Positions 50,819 through 60,344 of a stretch of 64,000 bases of DNA are shown here, in pieces. Source of the stretch: Vicinamibacteria bacterium (lineage in GTDB: Bacteria; Acidobacteriota; Vicinamibacteria; Marinacidobacterales; Marinacidobacteraceae); NCBI GenBank assembly GCA_963555995.3, contig OY821641.1, positions 2,688,001 to 2,752,000 on the forward strand, written 5' to 3'. Below the pieces are notes generated by a model that saw only the letters and a program-made list of their open reading frames with translations, was not told the origin of the DNA and ran no database searches. Position 1 is the first letter of the stretch. Every line of letters starts with the position of its first letter. The position numbers and the translations under genes were made by a program.

Positions 50819-51487
50819 TCAGAGATTCGCCCGGAACAGCCGGATCACCCGGTCCCAGGCGTCCCCGGCCGCGTCGGCGTCGTACACCTCCGGGCGGCCG
50901 TCATTGAAGAACGCGTGGTCGGTACCCGGGTAGGTGTGGAACTCGTGAGCGACGCCCGCCGCCGTGAGCGACGCGTCCAACCCGGCGACGGCCTCGGCGT
51001 TCACGAAGCCGTCGTTCTCGGCGAAGAGCCCGAGCACCGGACAGCGGATCGCGGCGTAGTCGGGATGAACGTTCGGGTGGACGCCGTAGAAGTCGGCGCA
51101 GGCGCCGATGCGCGGCGACTTGCTGGCTGCGTAGAGCGCGAGCTGGCCGCCCATGCAGAAGCCGACCACGCCGACGGAGTCGCCGGAAGCCACGTTCGCC
51201 AGGTGGTCCGCGGCGCCCCGCAGGTCCTGCTCGGCGCGGTCCACCTCAAGCGCCATGAACAGCTTGCCGGCCTCGTCCGGCGAGGTCGTCGCCTCGCCGT
51301 GGAACAGATCGGGAGCGAGCGCGGTGAACCCGGCCTCGGCGAAACGGTCGGCGACCTCCTTGATGTGGCCCACCAGACCCCACCATTCCTGGATGACCAG
51401 GACCCCGGGACCCGGTTGGTCGGGGATCGCCAGGTAGCCGTCCGCGGAACCGCCGTTCGCGGCAAAGGAAACCATTTCGCTGCGCAT
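50819..51487 (-). CDS. Dienelactone hydrolase family protein
   Basis: QEWWGL, GFCMGG nucleophile, HAFFN; GAGGAGG RBS. Confidence 0.93.
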   Translation of the reverse strand: MRSEMVSFAANGGSADGYLAIPDQPGPGVLVIQEWWGLVGHIKEVADRFAEAGFTALAPDLFHGEATTSPDEAGKLFMALEVDRAEQDLRGAADHLANVASGDSVGVVGFCMGGQLALYAASKSPRIGACADFYGVHPNVHPDYAAIRCPVLGLFAENDGFVNAEAVAGLDASLTAAGVAHEFHTYPGTDHAFFNDGRPEVYDADAAGDAWDRVIRLFRANL

Positions 51488-51519
51488 CGTGATCCTCCTC
51501 CGGGGGGCCGCGATGTTAA

Positions 51520-51698
51520 CAGCCGGTGGCAAAACCCACGCGGCGTTCGAGCGGCGATGCATCCCGCCGGAACCGCGCCGCTTCGCGACGCTCATCGTTG
51601 CGTTTCGGTCGGAATACACCCGGTATTCCTCCCTCACGCGCCTTGTCAGTCGGGCGCCTCGCCGCTCTCGGCGCTCACGTGGGTTTCACCACCGGCTG
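51520..51698 (-). mobile_element. 179-bp MITE, copy 3
   Basis: CAGCCGGTGGCAAAA...TTTCACCACCGGCTG; flanks TTAA/TTAG. Confidence 0.9.
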
Positions 51699-51702
51699 TT
51701 AG

Positions 51703-51881
51703 CAGCCGGTGCCAATACCCACGCGGCGTTCGACGGGCGATGCATCCCGCCGGAACCGCGCCTCTACGAGGCGCTTATCGTTGCGTTTCGGTCGGAATAC
51801 ACCCGGGATTCCTCCCTCACGAGCCTTGTCAGCCGGGCGCCTCGCCCGTCTCGGCGCTCACGTGGGTGTCACCACCGGCTG
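51703..51881 (-). mobile_element. 179-bp MITE, copy 4 (tandem with copy 3, separated by TTAG)
   Basis: Same core and length, more diverged. Confidence 0.88.
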
Positions 51882-51984
51882 TTGCCAGCGCGGGTCCTGC
51901 GGGCCGCGATTTTCCTTCCGGAATGCACCCGTCCTTTGTTATCTTCGGCCGGCTACCGCGCGGGGAGCGAAAGGAAGGTCGCCG

Positions 51985-53685
51985 ATGAGCCCACTGCTCG
52001 CAACGCTGGTGTGTTTCGGCCTCTACATCGTCGGCTATCGCTTCTACGGCCGCCGCATCGCACGGCGCTCCTTCGAGCTGGACGACTCGCGGCTCACTCC
52101 CGCGCACGAATTGAAGGACGGGCACGACTACGTCCCGACCCCGAAGCCCGTTCTCTTCGGGCACCACTACGCCTCCATCGCGGGCCTCGCCCCGATGCTC
52201 GGGCCGGCGATCGCGGTGATCTGGGGCTGGGTCCCGGCGATGATCTGGGTGGTCGTCGGCACCCTGCTGGTGGGGGCGGTGCACGACTTCTCGGCGCTCT
52301 GCATCAGCATGCGGGCGAAGGGCAAGTCCATCGGCCGGATCGCCGAGGACATCATCGGCCGCCGCGCCAAGTACCTCTTTCACGCCCTGATCGTCTTCCT
52401 GGTCGGACTCGCGATGGGCGTCTTCGTCCAGGTCGTCGCGCAGCTCTTCTCGAGCATCTTCTATCCCGAGGCGGTCACCCCGAGCACCGCGGTGATGGTG
52501 CTCGCCATCGCCATGGGGTACCTCTCCTACCGGAAGGGCGTCCCGCTCCGCTACCTCGTGCCGGTGGGCGCCACGCTCCTGTTCGTGAGCATCTGGCTCG
52601 GGATGGCGGTGGTTCCGACGCCGGATCTCTCCACGACGGCGTGGAGCTACGTGCTGCTGGTCTACGCCTTCTGCGCCTCGGTCCTGCCGGTCTGGCTGCT
52701 GCTTCAGCCCCGGGACTTCCTGAACTCCATCCTGCTCTACATCGGGCTCATCGGGATCTTCGCTTCCTTCGTGATCCAGAACCCCGAGTTCGCGGCCCCC
52801 GCCTACAACCCCGAGCCCAGCGGCGCCCCGCCCATCCTCCCGTTCGTCTTCGTCGTGATCGCCTGCGGCGCGGTTTCCGGGTTCCACGCGCTGGTCTCGT
52901 CGGGCACCACCGCCAAACAGATCAACAAGGAGAGCGACGCGCCCCTCATCGGCTACGGGGGGATGATCGCCGAGAGCCTGCTCGGGCTTTCGGCCGTGCT
53001 CGCCTGCACCGCGGGATTCGCGAGCCGCGACCTCTGGCACCAGCACTACGCGGACTGGAACGCCGCGAACGGTCTCGCCCAGAAGCTGGACGCCTACATC
53101 ACCGGAGCCGCCAACTTCCTGGTGACCATCGGGATTCCGGTGGAGGCCGGGAAGGCCTTCGTGGCGCTGGTGGCGGTCTCCTTCGCGCTCACCACCCTCG
53201 ACTCGGCGACCCGGATCCTCCGCTACAACATCGAGGAGATCTCGGACAGCATCAAGGCGCCGCTCCTCGGGAACCGCCACGTGGCCTCGCTGCTCGCCGT
53301 CGCGATCATCGGTTTCTTCGCGCTGATGAAGGTCCCCTCGGGCACCGGAGAGATGGTGCCCGCGGGCACCGCGCTCTGGGCGCTCTTCGGAACCACGAAC
53401 CAGATCATGGCGGGACTGACCCTGCTGTCGGTGACCCTCTATCTCTACTTCCGCAAGAAGCCGTTCGCCTTCGCGCTCTTCCCGATGGTGTTCATGGTCG
53501 GCATCACCATCGCCGCCATGATCTACAACATCCGGCTCTACGCGGAGTCCGGCAACCTGGTCCTGCTGTTCGTGGGCGGGGCGATCATGGCGCTTGCCGT
53601 CGGGTTGGTCTTCGAAGGGATCCTCCGGTTCACGAGGGGCCGGGAAGCCGCGATCGAGGGAATCCGCCGCGCGTTTGGCGACTAG
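51985..53685 (+). CDS. cstA: Carbon starvation protein A family transporter
   Basis: DGHDYVPT...FGHHYASIAG, LLQPRD, IACGAVSGFH, LWALFGTTNQ. Confidence 0.93.
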   Translation: MSPLLATLVCFGLYIVGYRFYGRRIARRSFELDDSRLTPAHELKDGHDYVPTPKPVLFGHHYASIAGLAPMLGPAIAVIWGWVPAMIWVVVGTLLVGAVHDFSALCISMRAKGKSIGRIAEDIIGRRAKYLFHALIVFLVGLAMGVFVQVVAQLFSSIFYPEAVTPSTAVMVLAIAMGYLSYRKGVPLRYLVPVGATLLFVSIWLGMAVVPTPDLSTTAWSYVLLVYAFCASVLPVWLLLQPRDFLNSILLYIGLIGIFASFVIQNPEFAAPAYNPEPSGAPPILPFVFVVIACGAVSGFHALVSSGTTAKQINKESDAPLIGYGGMIAESLLGLSAVLACTAGFASRDLWHQHYADWNAANGLAQKLDAYITGAANFLVTIGIPVEAGKAFVALVAVSFALTTLDSATRILRYNIEEISDSIKAPLLGNRHVASLLAVAIIGFFALMKVPSGTGEMVPAGTALWALFGTTNQIMAGLTLLSVTLYLYFRKKPFAFALFPMVFMVGITIAAMIYNIRLYAESGNLVLLFVGGAIMALAVGLVFEGILRFTRGREAAIEGIRRAFGD

Positions 53686-53698
53686 CCGCGGCAGGGTC

Positions 53699-55024
53699 AT
53701 GCCGATCCGGTCCGGCGCAACCCTGATCGCCGCGCTGCTGCTCGCCGCCACCGCCGCGGCGGGCCAGGACCGGCTGGCGCTGGTCGGCGGCATGCTCCTC
53801 GACGGCTATGACGTGCCCCCGCTCCACCACGCGGCGGTGCTCATCGAGGGCGACCGGATCGCCGCCGTGGGCCGCGCCGCGGAAATGGAGATTCCGCCGG
53901 ATGCCGCCGTGGTGGACACGCGCGGCCGGGTGATGATGCCGGGGATGATGGATCTCCACGCCCACCTCGCCGTCCTCGGCCACGGCGAGTACGGCCGCTG
54001 GTTCTCCTGGATCGCCGAGGAGGGGGTGGACATCGAGGAGGTCATGGAGATCTCGGCGAAGCAGCTCCTGCTCGCCGGGGTGACCACCGCAGTGGATCTC
54101 GGAGCGCCGCTCGAAGCCAGCCTCGCGGTGCGCGACCGGATCGCCCGCGGCGAGGTCCCCGGCGCCCGGCTGCTGATGGCCGGCCCCTGGATCACCCGCC
54201 GGGTGAGTTTCTGGCCCGAGAACTACCAGATCGGCATCCGTTCACCGGAGGAGGCCTCGGCGGCGGTCGAGCGGCTCGCGGAGGCGGGCGTGGACGTCAT
54301 CAAGGCCTGGGTCGGGCTCACCCGCGAGGACTACCAGGCGGTCGCCGACACCGCGCACCGCCACGGACTGCGTGTCCATGCGCACGTGTACGCGCCGGAC
54401 GACGTCCGGAACGCCCTCGAAGCGGGCATTGATGTTCTGACCCACGCGGGATCGGCAGGCACGCCGCCCTACGGGGAGGACCTGCTGCGCGACATCGTGG
54501 TCGCCGGCCGCCCGGTGGTGATCACCGGCGCGCACCGGGTGTGGGTGTTCCCGGCCACCGTGGATTTTCCCGAGCGGCTGCAGGACCCGCGGCTCCGGGA
54601 CGACCTGCCGGCGGCCATGTACGACGAACTGCAACGCAGCTTCGAGAACTTCCACACGCTCCCGTACTTCCAGACGACCGCCCGCCAGATGTTCTTCGGC
54701 GACGCCTCGCTCGGACAGTGGATCGAGGCGGGAGCGGTGATGGGCATGGGGACCGATTCCGGGACGCCCATGAACTTCCATACCGAGGCCCTCTGGCGGG
54801 AGCTCAAGGCCCATGTGGATCTGGGTATGACATCCATGGAGGCCATCGTGGCGGCGACCCGGATCAACGCCCGGATCCTCGGGCTGGCGGACGATCTCGG
54901 CACCATCGAGGCCGGCAAGATCGCGGACATCGTGGTGCTCCGAGGGGACCCGCGGTTCAGCATCACCGCGCTCGACGACCCCGAACTGGTGGTCAAGGAC
55001 GGCAAGCTGTACCGGCGGCACTAG
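53699..55024 (+). CDS. Secreted metal-dependent amidohydrolase
   Basis: Signal peptide; PGMMDLHAH, HAH, GTDSG, GTIEAGKIADIV. Confidence 0.9.
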   Translation: MPIRSGATLIAALLLAATAAAGQDRLALVGGMLLDGYDVPPLHHAAVLIEGDRIAAVGRAAEMEIPPDAAVVDTRGRVMMPGMMDLHAHLAVLGHGEYGRWFSWIAEEGVDIEEVMEISAKQLLLAGVTTAVDLGAPLEASLAVRDRIARGEVPGARLLMAGPWITRRVSFWPENYQIGIRSPEEASAAVERLAEAGVDVIKAWVGLTREDYQAVADTAHRHGLRVHAHVYAPDDVRNALEAGIDVLTHAGSAGTPPYGEDLLRDIVVAGRPVVITGAHRVWVFPATVDFPERLQDPRLRDDLPAAMYDELQRSFENFHTLPYFQTTARQMFFGDASLGQWIEAGAVMGMGTDSGTPMNFHTEALWRELKAHVDLGMTSMEAIVAATRINARILGLADDLGTIEAGKIADIVVLRGDPRFSITALDDPELVVKDGKLYRRH

Positions 55025-55047
55025 CCGCCGTTCAGGAGAAGACGAAG

Positions 55048-56877
55048 ATGAAGACAACCGGTTTCCGATTCGGAGTCGCGGCGGTTCTGCTGGGACTCGC
55101 GGCGCCTTCGTTCGCCCAGGAGAGCGCCCATCCGATCCGCGTCGGGGAGATGCGGAGCCAGGACCGCCCGGTGGTGCCCGGGGTCCACGGCCTGGTGACC
55201 GCGGGGCACCCGCTGGCGACCATGGCGGGCATCCAAACGCTGATGAAGGGCGGCAACGCGATCGACGCCTCGGTCGCGGTGCTCGCGGTCCTGAACGTCG
55301 TGCGCCCGCAGATGTCGGGAGCGGCGGGGAACGGTTTCCTGACCTACTTCGACCAGGCGACCGGGACCGTCCACTCCCTGAGCGCCACCGGCGCGGCTCC
55401 CAAGGCGCTCCGCGCCCAGGAGCTCACCCCCGACCAACTCAACAAGGGCATCAACGCCGGAGTCGTTCCGGGCCTCTTCGGCGCCTGGATCTCGATGCTC
55501 GACCGCCACGGCACCATGAGCCTCGAGGAGGTGCTGGCGCCCGCGATCGATTACGCGAAGAACGGCCATCCCATGGAAGCGTCGGTGTCGCGCGCGATCG
55601 CAGCCTCGCGGGAGGACTTCGAGCGCTTCCCGACCAGCGTGCGGATGTTCCTGCCCGAGGGACGCGTGCCGGAAACCGGCGAGCTCTACAAGATGCCCGA
55701 CCTCGCCCGGACGCTCGAGAAACTGGTCGAGGCCGAGCAGGCCGCCCGGCGCGCCGGCAAGGGCCGCTCGGAAGCCCTGGACGCCGCCTTCGACCGGTTC
55801 TATCGCGGAGACATCGCCGAGGAGATGGCCCGCTTCTACGAGGAGAACGACGGCCCGTTCACGCTCGAGGACTTCGCCGCCTACGAGCCGATGTGGAAGG
55901 AGCCCCTCCACACCAACTACCGGGGATACGACGTCTATTCCAGCCCGCCCACTTCCCGCGGCGGCATGGAAGTGCTGATGCAGCTCAACCTGATCGAGGG
56001 CTTCGACATCGCCGCACTGGGTCAGAACTCGGCCGAGACGCTCCACCTGGTGATCGAGGCGGTCAAGGTGGCCAAATCCGATGTTTACCGCTACGTCGCG
56101 GACCAGGCAAAGTTCGAGGTCCCGCTCGACGGGCTCCTGTCCAAGGAGTACGCCGAGACGCGGCGCGCGCTCATGAACGAGCGGACCGCGATCGCCTACC
56201 CCGAGGGCGGCGTCCCGCCGGGAACGGCCGCCACCGATGCGGCGCCGGGTGTCCTTTCGGCGGCGAACCCGACAGCCAGCCGATCCTTCGCCGGCAGTAC
56301 CACCAGTTTCTCGGTGGTGGACGGGGCCGGCAACGCGGTGGCCTGCACCCCGACCCACGGCGGCATGTTCGGCACCGCAGTGGTGGTGGGAGGCACCGGC
56401 GTCACCTTCAACAACGGAACCCGGATCGGCTCCACCGCGCCGCACCCCGACCACCCGAACTACGCCCGCGGCGGCCAGATCCCCATCCTGAACAACTCGC
56501 CGATCATCGTCCTGAAGGACGGCGAGTTCCTGCTCGCGCTCGGGACGCCGGGCGGGGAGACCATCGGCCAGACCCAGTTCCAGGTGCTGCTCAACATCCT
56601 CGACTTCGGCCTGAACATCCAGGAAGCGGTGGCCGCTCCCCGCCTCAGCCTCTTCGCCGACCCCAACTTCTACACCCCCGGCTCCGACATCCTCGTGCGG
56701 GTCGAAAACCGCGTGACGCCCGGAGTCGTCGAAGCGCTCCTCGGGATGGGCCACCGGGCCGAACTCACCGGCGGCTACGCCCTCGGCAGCAACAACGGCA
56801 TCCTCATGGATCTCACCGCCGGCACCATGACCGCGGGCGCCGACCCCCGCCGCGCCGCCTACGCCATCGGCTACTGA
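55048..56877 (+). CDS. ggt: Gamma-glutamyltransferase family protein (secreted)
   Basis: GGNAIDA, FYRGDIA, STTSFS (Thr nucleophile), GTPGG, GADPRR. Confidence 0.92.
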   Translation: MKTTGFRFGVAAVLLGLAAPSFAQESAHPIRVGEMRSQDRPVVPGVHGLVTAGHPLATMAGIQTLMKGGNAIDASVAVLAVLNVVRPQMSGAAGNGFLTYFDQATGTVHSLSATGAAPKALRAQELTPDQLNKGINAGVVPGLFGAWISMLDRHGTMSLEEVLAPAIDYAKNGHPMEASVSRAIAASREDFERFPTSVRMFLPEGRVPETGELYKMPDLARTLEKLVEAEQAARRAGKGRSEALDAAFDRFYRGDIAEEMARFYEENDGPFTLEDFAAYEPMWKEPLHTNYRGYDVYSSPPTSRGGMEVLMQLNLIEGFDIAALGQNSAETLHLVIEAVKVAKSDVYRYVADQAKFEVPLDGLLSKEYAETRRALMNERTAIAYPEGGVPPGTAATDAAPGVLSAANPTASRSFAGSTTSFSVVDGAGNAVACTPTHGGMFGTAVVVGGTGVTFNNGTRIGSTAPHPDHPNYARGGQIPILNNSPIIVLKDGEFLLALGTPGGETIGQTQFQVLLNILDFGLNIQEAVAAPRLSLFADPNFYTPGSDILVRVENRVTPGVVEALLGMGHRAELTGGYALGSNNGILMDLTAGTMTAGADPRRAAYAIGY

Positions 56878-56884
56878 TGGCGCT

Positions 56885-57180
56885 CCCGGCTTGGAACGCC
56901 GGCTTCAGCCGGCACCGCGCAACGCTCGTCCTCCGGATGACACCCCCGGCTTGGAACGCCGGTCTCCTGACCGGCACGCGCGGGGCTCCGCAACGCGCAC
57001 GGCGCAACCCTCCTCCCCCCGCATGGCGCTCCCGGCCTGGAACGCCGGTCTCCTGACCGGCACGCGCGGGGCTCCGCAACGCGCACGGCGCAACCCTCCT
57101 CCCCCCGCATGGCGCCCCCGGCTTGGAACGCCGGTCTCCAGACCGGCACGCGCGGGGCTCCGCAACGCGCACGTCGCAAC
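56885..57180 (+). repeat. Four tandem REP-like units (last three at 86-bp period)
   Basis: GGAACGCCGG at 56893, 56953, 57039, 57125; units 2-4 nearly identical. Confidence 0.9.
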
Positions 57181-57214
57181 GCCAATCCCAACCGATGACC
57201 CATCTTCCCCGCCC

Positions 57215-58099
57215 ATGAAACTCCCAACCACCCTCCTCACCCTCAGCCTCCTCCTCGCCGCCACCGCCCCCGCCCAGGACACCCCCATGCCCGAAATGGT
57301 GGAAATCAAGGGCGGCGTCTTCTTCATGGGATCCCAGTCCGGCCCACCCCAGGAAAAGCCGATCCACGCCGTCCAGGTCTCGGACTTCTGGATCTCCAAG
57401 TACGAGATCACCCACGCCGAGTTCGCCGCGTTCGTCGAGGACACCGGATACGAGACCGAGGCGGAGACGTTCGGCACCGGCCGGATCCTCCGGGACGGCC
57501 GCTTCGTCTACTCCCCCGGCTTCACCTGGAAGGAACCCCACGGACCAGGCTCGACGGTCACGGAACCCGACCGGTACCCCGTGGTCCAGGTGAGCTGGAA
57601 CGACGGCGTCGCCTACACCCGCTGGCTCAGCCGGCAGACCGGCCAGGCCTACCGGCTACCCACCGAGGCCGAGTGGGAGTACGCCTGCCGCGGCGGCACG
57701 CAGACGACCTACTGGTGGGGCGACGACTTCGACCAGACGAACGTGAACACCGCGGGCACCTGGCGTCCGGGAGGCGCTCCCTGGCCTCGGGACGAGCACA
57801 CCCTCATCACCCCCATCGACCGCTACCCGGCGAACCCCTTCGGGCTCCACGACATGCTCGGCAACAACTGGGAATGGGTCCAGGACTACTCCTCCGCCGA
57901 CTACTACGCCGCCCAGGTGCGGCGGCCGGAGTCACCGGTGGTGGATCCCCAGGGACCCGCCTCCGGCAACGAGCGCGTCCTCCGCGGCGGAGGCTGGAAC
58001 GTCAACCCGGACCGGGCGACCTGCTCCTTCCGCTTCCTCGCCGACCCACCGGTGTACCGCAGCGACCACGTCAGCCTCCGGGTGGTCCGGAATCCCTAA
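57215..58099 (+). CDS. Secreted FGE-sulfatase (SUMF1-like) domain protein
   Basis: F.MGS, PVVQVSWND, RLPTEAEWEYA, NPFGLHDMLGN.WEW, RVLRGG. Confidence 0.9.
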   Translation: MKLPTTLLTLSLLLAATAPAQDTPMPEMVEIKGGVFFMGSQSGPPQEKPIHAVQVSDFWISKYEITHAEFAAFVEDTGYETEAETFGTGRILRDGRFVYSPGFTWKEPHGPGSTVTEPDRYPVVQVSWNDGVAYTRWLSRQTGQAYRLPTEAEWEYACRGGTQTTYWWGDDFDQTNVNTAGTWRPGGAPWPRDEHTLITPIDRYPANPFGLHDMLGNNWEWVQDYSSADYYAAQVRRPESPVVDPQGPASGNERVLRGGGWNVNPDRATCSFRFLADPPVYRSDHVSLRVVRNP

Positions 58100-58158
58100 C
58101 CGGGACTCATCGGCAGCAGTTCGACGGCCGAAACCGGCTGCGAAAACGGACACTTAGC

Positions 58159-58185
58159 TGCACGTTTTGCATAGCAAAATGTGCA
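58159..58185. terminator. AT-rich hairpin between convergent genes
   Basis: TGCACGTTTTGC-ATA-GCAAAATGTGCA immediately after the SDR stop; no clear U-tract. Confidence 0.4.
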
Positions 58186-58971
58186 TTAGCGCGCGCAGGT
58201 GAGGTGGCGGCCGCCGTCCACCGGGATCGTGACCCCGGTGCAGAAGCTCGCGTCGTCCGACAGCAGGAACAGCGCCAGGTCGGCCACCTCCTCCGGCGTG
58301 CCGATGCGGCCGATCGGGTGCGTGGTCTTGCTGTGCTCCACGAAGGCCGCGTAGCGGTCGTCGTCGAGCCCCCCGGCGAGGTGAAGCTCGGTCCGCGTGA
58401 CGCCGGGGTTCACGGAGTTGATGCGCACCCCCTTGGCGGCGAGTTCGAGGGCCGAGCAGCGCGTCAACTGGTCGAGGGCGGACTTGCTCGAGTTGTAGGC
58501 CAGCACTCCGGGGAACGAGCGGATGCCGTTGACGCTGGAGACGTTGACGATGCTGCCCTTCCGCTCCAGCAGGTGCGGCACCGAGAGCCGCATCAGGTCG
58601 AAGACGGCCTCCACGTTCAGGGCGAACATCCGCTGCCAGGCGTCGAGTCCGGTGTTTTCGATGGTGCCGAAAGCAATCACCCCGGCGGAGTTCACGAGGT
58701 GGTCCAGCCCCCCGAAGCGCGCGACGGTCTCCTCCACCGCCCGTGACCGGAACGCCGCTTCGGTCACATCCCCCGCCAGCGGCAGGGCCGCGCCGCCGGC
58801 CACTTCGATCTCGCGGGCCAGCGCCCCGAGACGCTCGGGCCGGCGGGCGGTGACGGTGACCCGCGCGCCCTCTCCGCCGAGCGCCAGCGCGGTGGCCCGT
58901 CCGATCCCGCTGGAGGCTCCGGTCACGATGGCGACCCGGTTCTGAAAGCGTTTCTGCGCGCGATTCGGCAC
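58186..58971 (-). CDS. Short-chain dehydrogenase/reductase
   Basis: TGASSGIG, VNSAG, YNSSK, VDGG; GTG start with GAGGAG RBS. Confidence 0.93.
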   Translation of the reverse strand: MPNRAQKRFQNRVAIVTGASSGIGRATALALGGEGARVTVTARRPERLGALAREIEVAGGAALPLAGDVTEAAFRSRAVEETVARFGGLDHLVNSAGVIAFGTIENTGLDAWQRMFALNVEAVFDLMRLSVPHLLERKGSIVNVSSVNGIRSFPGVLAYNSSKSALDQLTRCSALELAAKGVRINSVNPGVTRTELHLAGGLDDDRYAAFVEHSKTTHPIGRIGTPEEVADLALFLLSDDASFCTGVTIPVDGGRHLTCAR

Positions 58972-59051
58972 GTCGTTCTCCTCTGCCTGGCAGCGGCGGC
59001 GGCGCGCCGCCCGCTGGACATCCCCAAACCCCGGGCGGGAGACTATCGCCC

Positions 59052-60032
59052 GTGCCCGAATTCCCCGATGTCGAGCTGTACCGCTCCGCGATCGGGGGCC
59101 GGATCGTGGGGACGCGCCTCGCGGCGTTTCAGATCGCCTCCCCGCACCTCCTCGCCTCGGTCGAGACGCCTCCCGAGACGCTGATCGGACGGGTCGCAAC
59201 CGGCGTCCGCCGGATCGGCAAGCAGCTCGTCATGGAGTTCGAGGAGGAGCTCTTCTGCGCCGTCCACCTCGCGGTGGCGGGGCGGTTCCACTGGACCGCG
59301 ATTTCCGGTTCGGGGAACCCGGTGCGGCTGTCCCCGCACGGCAATCTGGCCGTCTGGAGTTTCGAGTCGGAAGCCGGGAGCGGCGGAAAGCTGCGGCTCG
59401 TCGAGCGGAGCCCGAAGAAGCGGGCTTCCATCCGGGTGGGCCAGGGTCCGGGGCCGCTCCGGGCGCTCGACCGCGGCGGGCTGGAGATTCCCGGTTCCAC
59501 CCGCGAAGAGTTCGGCGCCCGGCTGGCCGGGCTGACGAACACCATCAAGCGGGCGCTCACCGAACCGGCCCGTTTCGCCGGAGTCGGCAACGCCTACTCG
59601 GACGAGATCCTCCACCGGGCCCGGCTCTCGCCCTCGAAACGGGCCGGAAGCCTCACGTCCGAGGAAACCGGCCGTCTCCACGCCGCTGCGGAGTCCGTCC
59701 TGACCGAGTGGGCCGCGCGGCTCCAGGAAGAGTGCGGCAGCGCCTTTCCCACCGGCGTCACCGCCTTCCGCGAGGGGATGGCGGTGCACGGCCGCTTCGG
59801 CCAGCCCTGTCCGGACTGCGGATCTCCGGTGCAGCGGGTACGCCGCGCCGAGAACGAGTTCAACTACTGCGCGACCTGCCAGACCGGCGGCCGTCTCCTG
59901 GCGGATCGGGCGATGTCCCGGCTGCTCCGGAAGAAGTGGCCGCGAACGCTCAAGGCGGCCGAGGAGCGACGGCGGCGGCTCGGGACCCCGGGATCCGATT
60001 CTTCATCTCCGGACGATCGCAGCCAGACGTGA
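59052..60032 (+). CDS. Fpg/Nei family DNA glycosylase
   Basis: MPEFPDV, RIGK, GVGNAYSDEILH, CPDC...CATCQ zinc finger. Confidence 0.92.
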   Translation: MPEFPDVELYRSAIGGRIVGTRLAAFQIASPHLLASVETPPETLIGRVATGVRRIGKQLVMEFEEELFCAVHLAVAGRFHWTAISGSGNPVRLSPHGNLAVWSFESEAGSGGKLRLVERSPKKRASIRVGQGPGPLRALDRGGLEIPGSTREEFGARLAGLTNTIKRALTEPARFAGVGNAYSDEILHRARLSPSKRAGSLTSEETGRLHAAAESVLTEWAARLQEECGSAFPTGVTAFREGMAVHGRFGQPCPDCGSPVQRVRRAENEFNYCATCQTGGRLLADRAMSRLLRKKWPRTLKAAEERRRRLGTPGSDSSSPDDRSQT

Positions 60033-60097
60033 ATCCGGCGCGGCGGGACGGTGTGCAGTGACACACGTCAGTGCGGTGAGGGCGGCTGGAGTCGCGA

Positions 60098-60147
60098 CAC
60101 GCGCGGCGCGGAGCGCCGCGCGTGCCGGTCTGGAGACCGGCGTTCCC
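60098..60147 (-). repeat. Single REP-like unit next to MITE copy 5
   Basis: GTGCCGGTCTGGAGACCGGCGTTCC with the GCGCGGCGCGGAGCGCCGCGC hairpin. Confidence 0.8.
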
Positions 60148-60165
60148 GGCCGCCGCGCCGCCTAG

Positions 60166-60344
60166 CAGCCTGTGGACAAAGTCACGCGGCGTTCGGCGGG
60201 CGATGCATCCCGGCTGAACCGCGCCGCTTTGCGGCGCTCTGCGTTGCGTTTCGGTCGAAATACACCCGGTATTCCTCCCTCACGCGCCTTGTCAGCCGGG
60301 CGCCTCGCCCGCCTCGGCGCTCACGTCACTTTATCCACAGGCTG
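60166..60344 (-). mobile_element. 179-bp MITE, copy 5
   Basis: CAGCCTGTGGACAAA...TTTATCCACAGGCTG; CTAG on both flanks, the right one containing the neighbouring gene's TAG. Confidence 0.92.

Noticed and set aside
56885-57180. CRISPR array
   Set aside because: The would-be spacers are near-identical, the repeat is a dispersed REP palindrome, and no cas genes are in the window.
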